Source: Candidatus Sumerlaeaceae bacterium (GTDB taxonomy: Bacteria; Sumerlaeota; Sumerlaeia; Sumerlaeales; Sumerlaeaceae). Taken from it: 64,000 nt of DNA. The stretch spans positions 96,783-160,782 of the forward strand of contig JBPCLP010000039.1 in NCBI GenBank assembly GCA_051003195.1, in the 5' to 3' direction. The notes under the pieces are model-generated. The model was given only the letters and a program-made list of their open reading frames with translations. It searched no databases and was not told the origin of the DNA. The stretch's first letter is position 1. Every line of letters starts with the position of its first letter. The translations under genes and the position numbers were made by a program. Shown here piece after piece: positions 30,279-40,782 of this stretch.

Positions 30279-31184
30279 CTATTTCTGGTACTTTATAGCG
30301 TCTGCTATGACAACGTACCCGGCCGAGGCCCAACACGACAGCTTGGTCGTGGCACTTCCACTCAGGCTCTTGGTTCCCAACAGATTCCATTTACCGCCGT
30401 TTATCTGTTGGTTCACAGTTACCGTCGCGCCATCTGGCAGGATGTACGGTGCAGACGGTGATCGGTTGGTACCCGCCGGCCACCACGCAGAAATGCTATA
30501 GGTTCCAGCAGTCAGTGATGCGTTCCAGCTGGCCGGCTCGCTTACTGCCGCGGTGCTGTGGTAGCGGTAATCTGCGCCATATTTGTCAGCCGCAGAGCTG
30601 CCCGTAGCCCAGCTCCCTACGACACTGAAGCCGGCACTTGTGTTGTCGACCACAACGATGGTAGCCGCAGGGTCGTTCAGGCCCGGGTAATCCTTCGGGA
30701 TGTTGGTGTTTCGCGTTACCCAGCTACCATCAGCTCCGGGAATTGACTGTGCGACACCATCCTTGCGTACTTCGAAGTGCAGGTGCGCGCCGGTCGTGCA
30801 GCTGCCCGTATTACCCGAACGCGCCACGTCCTGGTTCTTCGTCACAGCGCTGCCTACAGCAACCAGCGAAGTGCTGGAATGAAGGAAGCGAGTCTCCCAT
30901 CCACCGCCGTAGGAAATCTTAAAAATATTACCACCGCAGCTGTCATAAAGCCAGGAATTGTGGGTGCCGTTTGCAGGTGCGCCTAGATAGGTCCCGCTGC
31001 CTACGCCGATATCGATACCATAATGGAAAGTAGAGCAGCCCGAACACGGGGAATCCCGAGGTCCATATGGGCTTGTGATGCTGCCGCTGCACGGCCAGAT
31101 GATATACCCGGCTTCGGAAGCGGCAGGGGAGAGCAGGACCAGAAGTCCCAGCGGAATGAAAGAGAGTTTACGGCGAATGAACAT
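30279..31184 (-). CDS. Secreted M23 peptidase with golvesin-like C-terminal domain
   Basis: Signal peptide from ATG 31184; ITSPYGPR, HYGID, SGNTG..TGAHLHFEVR; C-terminal VVVDNTSAGF...ADAIKY. Confidence 0.9.
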   Translation of the reverse strand: MFIRRKLSFIPLGLLVLLSPAASEAGYIIWPCSGSITSPYGPRDSPCSGCSTFHYGIDIGVGSGTYLGAPANGTHNSWLYDSCGGNIFKISYGGGWETRFLHSSTSLVAVGSAVTKNQDVARSGNTGSCTTGAHLHFEVRKDGVAQSIPGADGSWVTRNTNIPKDYPGLNDPAATIVVVDNTSAGFSVVGSWATGSSAADKYGADYRYHSTAAVSEPASWNASLTAGTYSISAWWPAGTNRSPSAPYILPDGATVTVNQQINGGKWNLLGTKSLSGSATTKLSCWASAGYVVIADAIKYQK

Positions 31185-31586
31185 AAGTATTTCTCCATGG
31201 AAGATACTGGGTTCACATATCGCCAACACCCGCATGGCACTGCCGCACGGCAGCGGCGGGTGATGCGTTTTGATACGTGGCTAAACTTACTCCTCCTTTC
31301 TCTACGGCTCGTGCACCAGCAGACGATTCCTTTCCACGGTGGTAGCGACGATTAAGCGTATAGCTATCCTGGGGGCATGAATCGTTTTCAAAGCCGTTTT
31401 CAGAGGCTGCCTCGCGGGATGATTGAATAAGTCTCAGCGGGGCTGATGCAAAGCAGCAGTGGAATGGCAAAAGATTATCTCCGGGTGACGCTTGCAAGCA
31501 TTTTTGAGAGCCGCGGTACACGCCACAGGTTTGCGGCCCAAAATCCTGTCTGGACTTTCGATCCGGCCCGGCGCAGAAATGAAACG

Positions 31587-32831
31587 ATGGGACTTGGAAA
31601 AGAGACGGTTGCTGCGCTGTTCGTGCTGGGCGGTATTTTTATCGCAGCGGGGATAACGAAATTTGCCCCGCCAGCCGACTCCCAGCTAAAGAAGCCAACC
31701 ATCGATGGAAGGATATGGATCTCAGGGGAACACGAGGCAAAGCTGCTTCACTATGTAACTCAGGAGCAGCGCCGCAGCAGATCGTTTCGGAAGCGCGGCC
31801 CCGAGAACAAATCTTCGAAGTACTACTCGCGTTACCATCTCCACTCGCACTCGGTAGATAACGGCGCGGTGGTAAAGACCACTACACTTGCGGAATTCAG
31901 CGACGCCTCGGGAAAGGGACCGCATATCCTCGGATCCACGACCGGAACATTATGGCTATGGAACACCGGGCTTGAAGCGAGGGACCCCGCGACACTCAAC
32001 ATCAGGCTGACACAGGAGCAGCTTCGCGCGCGCAATCCCGAGCTGGGCAAAATGCTGCCAAAAGAAAGCAAATTTGCGAAGGTCTCCGACCCACATGGCT
32101 CGCTCCTGTTTAAGGGATTAGATACGCGCTTCTACCAGGTCGATTCCGCAACTGGCGCCATCTCAGAAGCAGATCTGGAGCCGCTCGCAAAGCTGTCGTA
32201 CAACAAAACCGCCGAGGAAGGATTCGACCGCGTGCCCGCAACCGGCGCCTCAACCTACCACACTTCTCCCAACTCTTTCCAGGTCGACAAGTTCATCACC
32301 ATCACCAAAAAGTGGTACGCGCTACTCTCACCCGATGAGCGCCAGAAACTTTACAAATGGCCGCCGAAACCAGGTCGACCATGGGGCGATGTTGCCCGGT
32401 CGCTTTACGTGACCGACTACACAATCGACGACACCTACGAAATTGAAATTGATCCGGCCCAGGTGACCGAAGTCGGTAAGCAGCGATTTGTGCAGGGAGG
32501 ATTTCTCATTCGCCGTGAAGGTGCCGTATGGGATGTGCCGAATCCCAGTTCTACTTTGGTACTATTTAAGGATGCGCTTGGAGCCGATGAACCGTGGCAG
32601 TTTGCACGCGTAGCTCGCGACGGTTCCATTGTATGGAAGCAATCGACGGGGCTCACGGACTTCGATGAAATCGCCGATGGTGGCACGAAAGTCCTCCTGC
32701 ATGGACATGCTACCGTGGATCCCAAAAAGCTCAACGAACACGAAGAGATAGTCCTTCTGGAGCCCGCTACCGGAAGCATCACCCGCATCGCCATAGCCCA
32801 ACTGAAGGTGGAAGAAGAACCCAAAGATTAA
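31587..32831 (+). CDS. Membrane-anchored hypothetical protein (possibly PA2928-like)
   Basis: Long ORF with N-terminal TM; family call is a tentative resemblance only. Confidence 0.65.
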   Translation: MGLGKETVAALFVLGGIFIAAGITKFAPPADSQLKKPTIDGRIWISGEHEAKLLHYVTQEQRRSRSFRKRGPENKSSKYYSRYHLHSHSVDNGAVVKTTTLAEFSDASGKGPHILGSTTGTLWLWNTGLEARDPATLNIRLTQEQLRARNPELGKMLPKESKFAKVSDPHGSLLFKGLDTRFYQVDSATGAISEADLEPLAKLSYNKTAEEGFDRVPATGASTYHTSPNSFQVDKFITITKKWYALLSPDERQKLYKWPPKPGRPWGDVARSLYVTDYTIDDTYEIEIDPAQVTEVGKQRFVQGGFLIRREGAVWDVPNPSSTLVLFKDALGADEPWQFARVARDGSIVWKQSTGLTDFDEIADGGTKVLLHGHATVDPKKLNEHEEIVLLEPATGSITRIAIAQLKVEEEPKD

Positions 32832-33085
32832 CGTTCCGTCCCCTTCCCGGCCATTTATGAACGTAAGTTAATTTGCAATTCCCGACGAAGTGTTGCACCC
32901 TTACACCATGATGCGCTCTTCGGTCCGGACGATTCGGACATGCCGCCACCGCCACCGCACCCACTCGACTAATCTGCCTTAAATCAAAGCCAGGCCCTTT
33001 TACGCTTGCTATGTCAGCCGACACCGGTTGAAGCTGAGCGATTAACTTTACAGCATGCCTGTGAGCTGTTGGAGCACCGTAACTG

Positions 33086-34054
33086 ATGTCACATGTTCCG
33101 CCTCGACCCGGCGATCTGGGTTCGACCGCCATTGCGGCCAAAGGCCGTGCTGCTGCACTTGGCCAGCAGAAGCTCACGCCCACTCTCGTCTGTTTCGAAG
33201 GTGCCGAAAAAGGTAAAAGCTTTCCGATAAACAAGTCTGAAATGCTCATCGGCCGCAGCGTGGACATCGAAATCCCAATCACGGATGAGCTGGCGTCTCG
33301 CCAGCACGCACGCATCGATTATCTCAACTGTGAGAATCCTTTCCAGGAGCCCGTCTGCTACATCGAAGACATGCAGAGCCGTAACGGCACCGAGGTAAAT
33401 GGAAAGCGCATTAATTCACGCATGCGGCTGCGTACCTTCGATCGTGTTCAGATCGGCACTACCGTATACGGATACATGGTAAAGGACGACACCGAGGTGC
33501 AGGTTCAGGAGTCCTACTTCGCGCTGGCTACCCAGGATGCGCTCACCGGGCTGAACAACCGCCGCCAGTTTCTGGCGCTTGCAGCTCACCACATTGCACG
33601 CGCCCAACGCAGCGGCAACAGCATTGCACTCCTCGTCATCGATGCGGATTATTTCAAATCCATTAACGACGAACACGGCCACGACGTCGGCGACCAGGTC
33701 CTGGCTCACCTCGCCGGCATTATCCGCGATGCCTGCCGCGCAGAAGAGATCGCCGCGCGCTGGGGCGGCGAAGAGTTTGTCGTGCTACTGCCCGATTGCG
33801 ACTTTCAGGGCGCTTCGACAGCGGCCGAACGCATTCGCAGTGCCGTCGAATCCTCAACTTTTCAGGGGCCCAGGGGAACCCTTCACGTCACTGTCAGCAT
33901 CGGCGGAGCGGCGATGAACTACAACACACATTTCGAGACGCTCTTTCACCAGGCCGACCAACAGCTGCTTCACGCAAAGCGAGCTGGAAGGAACCGAGTA
34001 CGTCTCACTACAACCACGCGCGGCAGCAGTTCCATCTCAACCGCCGGGTATTAA
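33086..34054 (+). CDS. FHA-GGDEF diguanylate cyclase
   Basis: FHA IGRS...ASRQHA...SRNGTEVNG; DALTGLNNRR, DADYFKSINDEHGHDVGD, RWGGEEF. Confidence 0.93.
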   Translation: MSHVPPRPGDLGSTAIAAKGRAAALGQQKLTPTLVCFEGAEKGKSFPINKSEMLIGRSVDIEIPITDELASRQHARIDYLNCENPFQEPVCYIEDMQSRNGTEVNGKRINSRMRLRTFDRVQIGTTVYGYMVKDDTEVQVQESYFALATQDALTGLNNRRQFLALAAHHIARAQRSGNSIALLVIDADYFKSINDEHGHDVGDQVLAHLAGIIRDACRAEEIAARWGGEEFVVLLPDCDFQGASTAAERIRSAVESSTFQGPRGTLHVTVSIGGAAMNYNTHFETLFHQADQQLLHAKRAGRNRVRLTTTTRGSSSISTAGY

Positions 34055-34070
34055 ACTCCTCCGCTCTTTG

Positions 34071-34164
34071 ATTGCGGATTTCGGAGTACTTTCGAATGCG
34101 GATTTCGGAGTGCGGATTTCGGAGTACTTTCCAATGCGGATTTCGGATTGCGGAGTACTTTTGA
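34071..34164. repeat. Family C heptamer array, G-rich orientation (left arm around four-helix-bundle gene)
   Basis: Reverse complement reads TCAAAAGTAC TCCGCAA TCCGAAA TCCGCAT TGGAAAGTAC TCCGAAA TCCGCAC TCCGAAA TCCGCAT TCGAAAGTAC TCCGAAA TCCGCAA. Confidence 0.9.
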
Positions 34165-34213
34165 ACAAGGAGTGTGGAATGCTGAGTGGCTTTTCGTACG
34201 AAGCGCGAAGCAT

Positions 34214-34582
34214 CTATATTCGGGGAGCGTCCTTGCGCTGTTTTGCGGTTCGAATTGATGCGACGGTTATCGCAATCAGCTCGTTAGCTTCCTTCTTCAG
34301 ATCCCGGAGCAGATGCTCGGCTACGATCTCCGATTCCTCCAGTAGCTCCATCCAATAGAGGCACTCGTCGCCCTCCTCTTCAACGATTGCCATTTTCGCT
34401 ATGAAATCTGCCTGCGATTTAGCTCTACACGACGCACGATAATTCGCCCCGACAGAGGTGCCGCAGCGCAATACCTGACGCCCGATTATCTCGGCGCTAC
34501 GGGTTTGTGGCAGTGCCTCCACCAGACGGATGACCCGCAAGGCAAACTGCTTGGTACGTTTCTTCAGGTTTTCGGCTTCCAT
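34214..34582 (-). CDS. Four helix bundle protein (TIGR02436 / 23S rRNA IVS protein family)
   Basis: LKKRTKQFALRVIRLVEALP, QVLRCGTSVGANYRASCRAKSQADFIAK, EEEGDECLYWMELL, EANELIAI. Confidence 0.93.
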   Translation of the reverse strand: MEAENLKKRTKQFALRVIRLVEALPQTRSAEIIGRQVLRCGTSVGANYRASCRAKSQADFIAKMAIVEEEGDECLYWMELLEESEIVAEHLLRDLKKEANELIAITVASIRTAKQRKDAPRI

Positions 34583-34709
34583 TTACGCAGCCGTTCCTTG
34601 TTGTTGTTGGTTTTGAAGAAGCATTCGCACTTCCTTGCAGCTTTCAACCCAATTTCGCTTTGCGCAGTAAGCTCGGGAACTATCCCGAAGTTGAACCTAT
34701 TCTGCACAC

Positions 34710-34796
34710 TCAAAAGTACTCCGCACTCCGCATTGGAAACACTCCCAAATCCGCATTCGAAAGTACTCCGCAATCCGCACTCCGCACTCCGCATTC
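34710..34796. repeat. Family C heptamer array, C-rich orientation (right arm)
   Basis: TCAAAAGTAC TCCGCAC TCCGCAT TGGAAACAC TCCCAAA TCCGCAT TCGAAAGTAC TCCGCAA TCCGCAC TCCGCAC TCCGCAT. Confidence 0.9.
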
Positions 34797-34921
34797 TTTT
34801 TTGTTGCTTCCCTAAACGCCAGACCCTACTCCTAGCGCTTCATCCCAAACAATCACCCTTTGCACACGGGCAGCACGAAACACGCTGCCAGTATGCAAGT
34901 GGTGAGATCGGAGTTATCACC

Positions 34922-36052
34922 GTGAATCTCATCAACATATCTCCACCCAATTCTGCATCATCATCACTCTGCTCCCCGCGCTCGTTGCAACTTATGGTCG
35001 CCCTCGCTGCCATGCTGGTTTCGTGCGAAAGTCTCCCCGCCGACGCCGCCTCCCGTAAATACGCCAGCAATAAAGCCAGCGTCCGCAAAGGATCGTCCGT
35101 TCCCGTCCACGGCGTACCATCCAGGATCGCGTTGCCGTACCAAATTCCCGAGAACCCCGAGCCCGTGCCCGGCGCCGAAACCTACAGCGCAGCCGCAGAC
35201 CAATCCGCTTCCTCCACCCCGACCAACTACACCGGCGGACTTCACATCCCGATCAAAAAGCCCCGTATCGTTGGACGCATCAGCAACAACAAGCCCGTCG
35301 TCACAGGCCTGTCCGGCGAGTTCGCAAACGGCCAGGTCGGACTCGACGGCGAAATCAATCTCGCCAATCCGGAAGGCACGCACCGCGCCAACGTCCACTT
35401 CCAGGGAGTATGCCTCGCCGGCGTCCTTCAGATTCTCGGAATCAACGTACAGCAGCCCACCGATGGACGCGTGCGCGGTACGCTCAACGCACGCTGGACC
35501 GGCATGAAACAGGCCCAGGTACAGCGCTCCATCGACGGCACCCTCTCACTCGAACTTACCGAGGGCACCCTCACCGATACCGACCTGCTGCGCCGCCTCA
35601 GCAAAGCCGTTGGCATCACCGAGCTCAAGCGCCTCGACGTCAACAGCGGCCGCCTCGAAGCCATCATTTCCAACGGCGAGCTTCGCATCACCAGCCAGAA
35701 ATTTGAAGGCCCTCAATTCGACGTCGACGTCACCGGCCGCGTAAACCTGCTCAGCGGCGACGTCGATCTTCGCTGCCAGCTTCGCCTTGCTCCCGCGCTC
35801 TTAGCCTCGCTACCCGGCCCGCTCGGTTTCGCCGCGCTCATCCTGCCGCGAACCGCGCCCGCCACGCAAACATCCAGCGCCGACGCCAAACTTACACTCC
35901 CACAGATTAACATCTCCGGCACCATAGACAATCCAATTGTCCGCGTTGCCGAGCCGCAACTCGCGCTCGGTACTTCCGCCCCGCTCGAGACCGCTCCCCT
36001 CGCCGCCCAGGCTGCCACACCAGACGAGCTACCGGCGGCATGCATGCAATAG
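34922..36052 (+). CDS. Exported protein with AsmA-like C-terminal region
   Basis: GTG 34922 with GGAG RBS; GTLSLELTEG, ISNGELRI, VTGRVNL, INISGTIDNP. The upstream extension in the ORF track runs through a repeat. Confidence 0.7.
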   Translation: MNLINISPPNSASSSLCSPRSLQLMVALAAMLVSCESLPADAASRKYASNKASVRKGSSVPVHGVPSRIALPYQIPENPEPVPGAETYSAAADQSASSTPTNYTGGLHIPIKKPRIVGRISNNKPVVTGLSGEFANGQVGLDGEINLANPEGTHRANVHFQGVCLAGVLQILGINVQQPTDGRVRGTLNARWTGMKQAQVQRSIDGTLSLELTEGTLTDTDLLRRLSKAVGITELKRLDVNSGRLEAIISNGELRITSQKFEGPQFDVDVTGRVNLLSGDVDLRCQLRLAPALLASLPGPLGFAALILPRTAPATQTSSADAKLTLPQINISGTIDNPIVRVAEPQLALGTSAPLETAPLAAQAATPDELPAACMQ

Positions 36053-36060
36053 CGCAAAGT

Positions 36061-36178
36061 TTTGAACAGGAGCAAACAGAACAGACGCAGAAAAACCCGC
36101 TCGCACACGTTTCCAGTCCCGTTCCCGCTCCCTCCAGCCAAAAGCCACTACGGCTGCCTCTGTTTTCTCCTGTTCAAA
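36061..36178. repeat. 20-bp inverted repeat pair enclosing a short hexamer run
   Basis: TTTGAACAGGAGCAAACAGA (36061-36080) vs TCTGTTTTCTCCTGTTCAAA (36159-36178), 19/20 match. Confidence 0.8.
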
Positions 36179-36204
36179 TTTTTCCGCCCCACCACCCACC
36201 ACCC

Positions 36205-36336
36205 TCAAAAGTACTCCGCACTCCGCACTCCGAAATCCCCATTCGAAAGTACTCCGAAATCCGCACTCCGCACTCCGCACTCGAAACACTCCGCATTCGA
36301 AAGTACTCCGAAATCCGCACTCCGCACTCCGCACTC
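36205..36336. repeat. Family C heptamer array (longest copy)
   Basis: 13 heptamers TCCGCAC/TCCGAAA/TCCGCAT/TCCCCAT punctuated by TCAAAAGTAC, TCGAAAGTAC (x2) and TCGAAACAC. Confidence 0.92.
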
Positions 36337-36682
36337 GGTTCCTCTGCCTTAAAATTAACACGAAAGATGTGGAATTTTTCCACAGCCTGACCTATAAAAC
36401 TCTTCGACCCGCGGCATGGAACGCCCGTTCCAAGGCTGTAGCTCGCGGGCCGACAGTAAAACAAGGTGCGATACCGGGGTCCCGTTCTCATTCATAAGTC
36501 CAGTCATTGCCGTAGTATTTAGGGAAATTTCGTTTCCCTTGACCTGCGCGTCCGCTCCCTGCATCCTTCTGCCCTGATTTACTGGTCAAAGCAGCACAGC
36601 CGTCAGATAACCTGCCGTGATTCGCGCTTCTGCGGATGCCCAAAGCATCCACAGGCGCGCGACACACGGTAACAAGGATACC

Positions 36683-39600
36683 ATGATGAAGTCGTTCCAG
36701 GCCCACACAGTCGCGCAAACCCCGCACACCACCATGCACAACTTGCGCACAATCACCGCAGCCCTGCTCGCAGGCGCGATGGTACTCACCACCACAGGCT
36801 TCGCCGCCAAGAGCGGCAAGCTGGCAGCTTATGCCAGTGTGAAGGGTGCTGAAAAAATCAGCATAAAGCTGCTGGAGTTGCAGGCGAACGCTAAGAAAAC
36901 AGCCAGCGTCAAAGCAGCGATGCAGCCGGGCGACTCCCGTTTGCTGCGCACCGCTACCGGTGGCAAGGGCGAGACAATTGTCTCTCTTGAGATCATATGC
37001 TATGAGGTAAACGACGCGGTCGTCGCGAAGATCAGTGCGACTGGCGCGAAGGTCACCGATAGCTATCCGCAGTACCAGCGCGTGATGGCGGATGTTACCA
37101 GCTTGGATTTGCTCGAAAAAATAGCTGCTATTAAAGAAGTCGCCGCCGTCGAGCCGCAATACCTCCCAACTAAACGCAGCCAGGGCATCGCTGATGGCCG
37201 TAACGACTATGCGCATTTCGTCCAGACCGCTCAGCAGGCGGGCGCTACCGGAGCCGGAGTTACGGTCGGAATTATGTCCGACAGTTTTGCACGCAGTTCT
37301 GATATGCGCACGACAAACGGTTCAACTTTTCCCGCTCCTGGTCTTGCCGGCAATCTCAATGGTAGCCCGCCTCAGCAGTCGGGCGACCTTCCGCCAGATA
37401 TTAATATTCTTCGTGATGATATCGCTGGCACCGACGAAGGTGCCGCCATGGGCGAGCTGATTCACGACATCGCACCCGACGCAAAACTCGCATTCCATAC
37501 AGCCTTCCAAAGCGAAGCCGGCTTTGCCGCCGGTATTGCGCGACTGGCCGATCCGGATGATGGCGCCTCGCATATCATCGTGGATGATGTTGGCTTTTTC
37601 AAAGAGCCAATGTACCAGGACGGTTTTATTGCCCAGGCCGCCGCGCAGGCTGTAAAAAAGGGCGTCGCATTTTTCTCCGCCGCAGGCAACAGCGGTGATG
37701 TTGGCATCATCTCAAACTACAGGGACGTAAACCCGGTGGTGGACGATCCAAACGACGCAGGCACTCCATCAGGAAGTGACCTTCACGACTGGGGAAACGG
37801 AAATCCCTTCCTTCCCATTTTCATTCCCGCGACATCAAGTGGCGCGCGCATTATTATGCAGTGGAACCAGCCTTTCTGGAGCTTAAACCCCGTTACCAAA
37901 CCCAATAAGAAGTCCGGCTCCCAGATCGACCTCGATCTATACATATTAGATTCAGCAGATAATTCCGCGCTCGAAAATCCAGTGGCCGAGAGCCGCAATG
38001 CACAGGGGATGACCGGCCTGCCTGCGGGTGATCCTTTCGAAATCATTATCCTGGCGGGCGGCAATCAAACAGTGTTTCTCGCTGTCGATCACTACATCGG
38101 AAATGAAGACAGGATCCCTCAGGGTGCTCCATTGGAATTCCGCATTGTTGTGGAAAGCCTCTCGGGCGATCCTCTGGAAGTAGAGGGCTTTGGTATCGGT
38201 GGGAGTCTTGGTGAGGAAGATGGCGGTGCTACCATCTACGGCCATGGGCTCGCAGAGGGTGTCGTTTCTGTCGGCGCTGTGCCGTGGTGGGAGTCTCCTG
38301 CTTACTCTCCCGAAAACTTTCTTTTCAGCATCGACAACCCGTTTCGTACACCTACTTTTGGTGAGATCGACCCTGAGTTATTCTCCTCCCGCGGGGGCGA
38401 CAGCGCACGCAACGGCGGAATGGGCGAGCCGAAAATCCAGTTTACCACCAAGGGCAAATTTAAGTAAAAGAACCGCCGCATCGTAGCACCGATTGTCTCG
38501 GGCGTTGACGGAAACAATACAACATTCTTTGGGTCGCCGGACAGTGCTCTGCCGCAGTTCATTATCCAGGACAATGACGAAACCACTTCACACAATGGGT
38601 TCGACTGCGAGCCCGATGGTTTCCCCAACTTCTTCGGCACGTCGGCGGCTGCGCCGAACGTCGCTGCAATTGCTGCGCTTCTCAAGCAGCAGTCTCCGGG
38701 GCTCAAGCCCGCTGCGATTACACAGATCCTGACCGACACCGCAATCGACGTTACCGGCTACCGCGCGAACGCCACCAGCCCCGGCTTGCCAGGCAAATGG
38801 GATGACGTCTCTGGCTACGGCCTGGTCAACGGCCAGGCAGCATTAGCTGCACTGGGTAAACAGATTGCAAACCAGGGTGATCGCCCCGCGTGTGACGACG
38901 GTGGTGGCGGCGGTGGTGGCGGCGGCGGAACGCCGCAGAATCTCGATCTCATACCAGCTCCGCCTGTAGGTGGCAGCGATTCGCTAGTAATTGCGACCAC
39001 AACCGGAACTTTGGTTGATGCCGCTAGCTACTCGGCTGGCGATACTATTTATGTAAGTTACGGAGTAAAAAATAATGGACCGGCATCTACGGCGATAACT
39101 TTCGTGGTTAAGCTCACCGTCGATGGCCAGCTCCGTGATACCTTTACGGTAGTCGGACTTGCCGCGGGTGCTACCAAGGACCGCCGCAACGTAAATATCG
39201 GCCATCTGACTCCGGGGAATCACACCTTTACCATTACCGTGGACGCAAACAACAACATTGCTGAGCTCAATGAGCTGAACAACGTGGTGTCCCAGACCAT
39301 CAATGTCGTGGCGATTCAGGGTGATACGATTGATGATGCAACTGACATTGTCGGGCTTGGTGGCAACTGCGGAGGCAAGTGCCTTGGGCACCTGTTGTCG
39401 AGCAATGTTGGAGCAACCACCGACAGCGCCGATCTGGGCACAACGGCTGGCGCGACAATCTGGTTCAAGTATGAGGCGGAGCCCAAGACTTTCGACTACC
39501 AGGTGACATTCGATACTGCGGGCAGCGACTTTGACACGATGCTTGCAGCTTTCCAGGAGATTGTACCTGGGAATCCACCGCTTAAATTCCTGGTCGCAAA

Positions 39601-40693
39601 CAATGATAACATCCTGGGCGGCCAGCCGACATTCACGCAGAGTCAGGTAACCGTTTTCATTCCTGCAAACCAGACACGAGTGTTCTACATTTCCGTGGGC
39701 GGTGCAAACAATGCCCAGGGTAACGTCCGGCTGAACTGGGCCTGCGATGGCGTGCGTTCGCGGGATCACTTTGCGTCGCGGCTGCAGTTAACGACTTCGA
39801 CGCTAATCTCGGGCAACGACAGCAACAAGAGTGCAACGGAGGAGCCCAGTGAACCCAATCCGTTAAATATCGCAGATTACCTGAAGTCCAATTGGTACGG
39901 ATTTAGTGTGACCAGCGACACGTTACCGTTTAACGAAAATACCAGACCAATTAAGATCACCATTACTGAATTGCCTGACCGTCACTTCAGCGATTTCGAA
40001 ACGGGCATCCAACCGGATAAGCCGCGTTTTAATCCTGTGATCCAGGTTTACACTGGTAACGGCATCCAAACATTGGATTTGTATGCCGCGGGTGCCACTA
40101 ATACATTCGATGATAGCCCTTACTTCTTCAACGTTGCTGAGTTTAACGTAACTGGGGAGCCGGGAACACCTGGTGTGGATACCAATGCAAGGCAGGCGAC
40201 TGTTGTCTTCATCGGTGCAATCGGTCAGGACTTTAAAATCCAGATCATCGGGTTTCCGACCGGTTGCGAATCGGATGAAACTGCGTCGGCTGGAACTTAC
40301 CGCCTTGAACTCGAGCAGCTACAGAATGTCGTCGGTGCGCCTAACCTGACTTTCCAGAATACCTTCTCGGCAAGCAACAGCGCTGATGGGCTGTCAGGTG
40401 ATTCCACGATAGTTGAGGGTCAGGATGTGTACCTGGACTTTGCCGTTAAAAACGACGGGGACGCCCCGGCTGGTGCATTCGTCGTGGTCCAGGTCGACGG
40501 TGGTGAGCGGGCAAGCAAATTTTACTCGCTCGATCCAGGTGAAATAAATACGGAAATAGATTTCGTAATCGGAGCACTCACTAGCGGAAATCACATCGTC
40601 AGCCTTACCGTCGACTTCAATAACGATGTGCCCGAGTCGAACGAGGGAGATAACACGATTACGCGAGTGATCAACGTGGCTCCAGCTCCCTGA
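36683..40693 (+). pseudogene. Large secreted S8/S53-like serine protease with two CARDB-like domains, interrupted by one in-frame TAA
   Basis: GVTVGIMSDS, DEGAAMGELIHDIAP, SAAGN upstream; TAA at 38465-38467; the same frame continues through FFGTSAAAPNVAA (38630-38668) into ORF 38786-40693 (poly-Gly, VDANNNIAELNELNN, VPESNEGDN). Confidence 0.85.
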
Positions 40694-40729
40694 TGTTCGA
40701 ACAACTGCAACCTTAAGAAACGCATCACC

Positions 40730-40766
40730 GCCCGGGTCGGCCCAAGCCGACCCGGGCTTTTCTTTT
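40730..40766 (+). terminator. Rho-independent terminator
   Basis: GCCCGGGTCGGC-CCAA-GCCGACCCGGGC followed by TTTTCTTTT. Confidence 0.88.
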
Positions 40767-40782
40767 GGGGGTATGGCTTTTC

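Noticed and set aside
34214..34582. Diversity-generating retroelement or 23S rRNA intervening sequence
   Set aside because: No reverse transcriptase, no TR/VR pair with adenine-specific differences, and no rRNA sequence around the gene.
34068..36491. Short ORFs with SAECG/TPHSAL repeats, and ORFs at 23527-24157 and 40765-41638
   Set aside because: Translations of DNA repeats or low-complexity sequence, open on both strands.
38465..38467. Stop-codon recoding (Sec/Pyl or alternative genetic code)
   Set aside because: The codon is TAA, which ends other genes normally here (e.g. 23517-23519); mutation or sequencing error is simpler.
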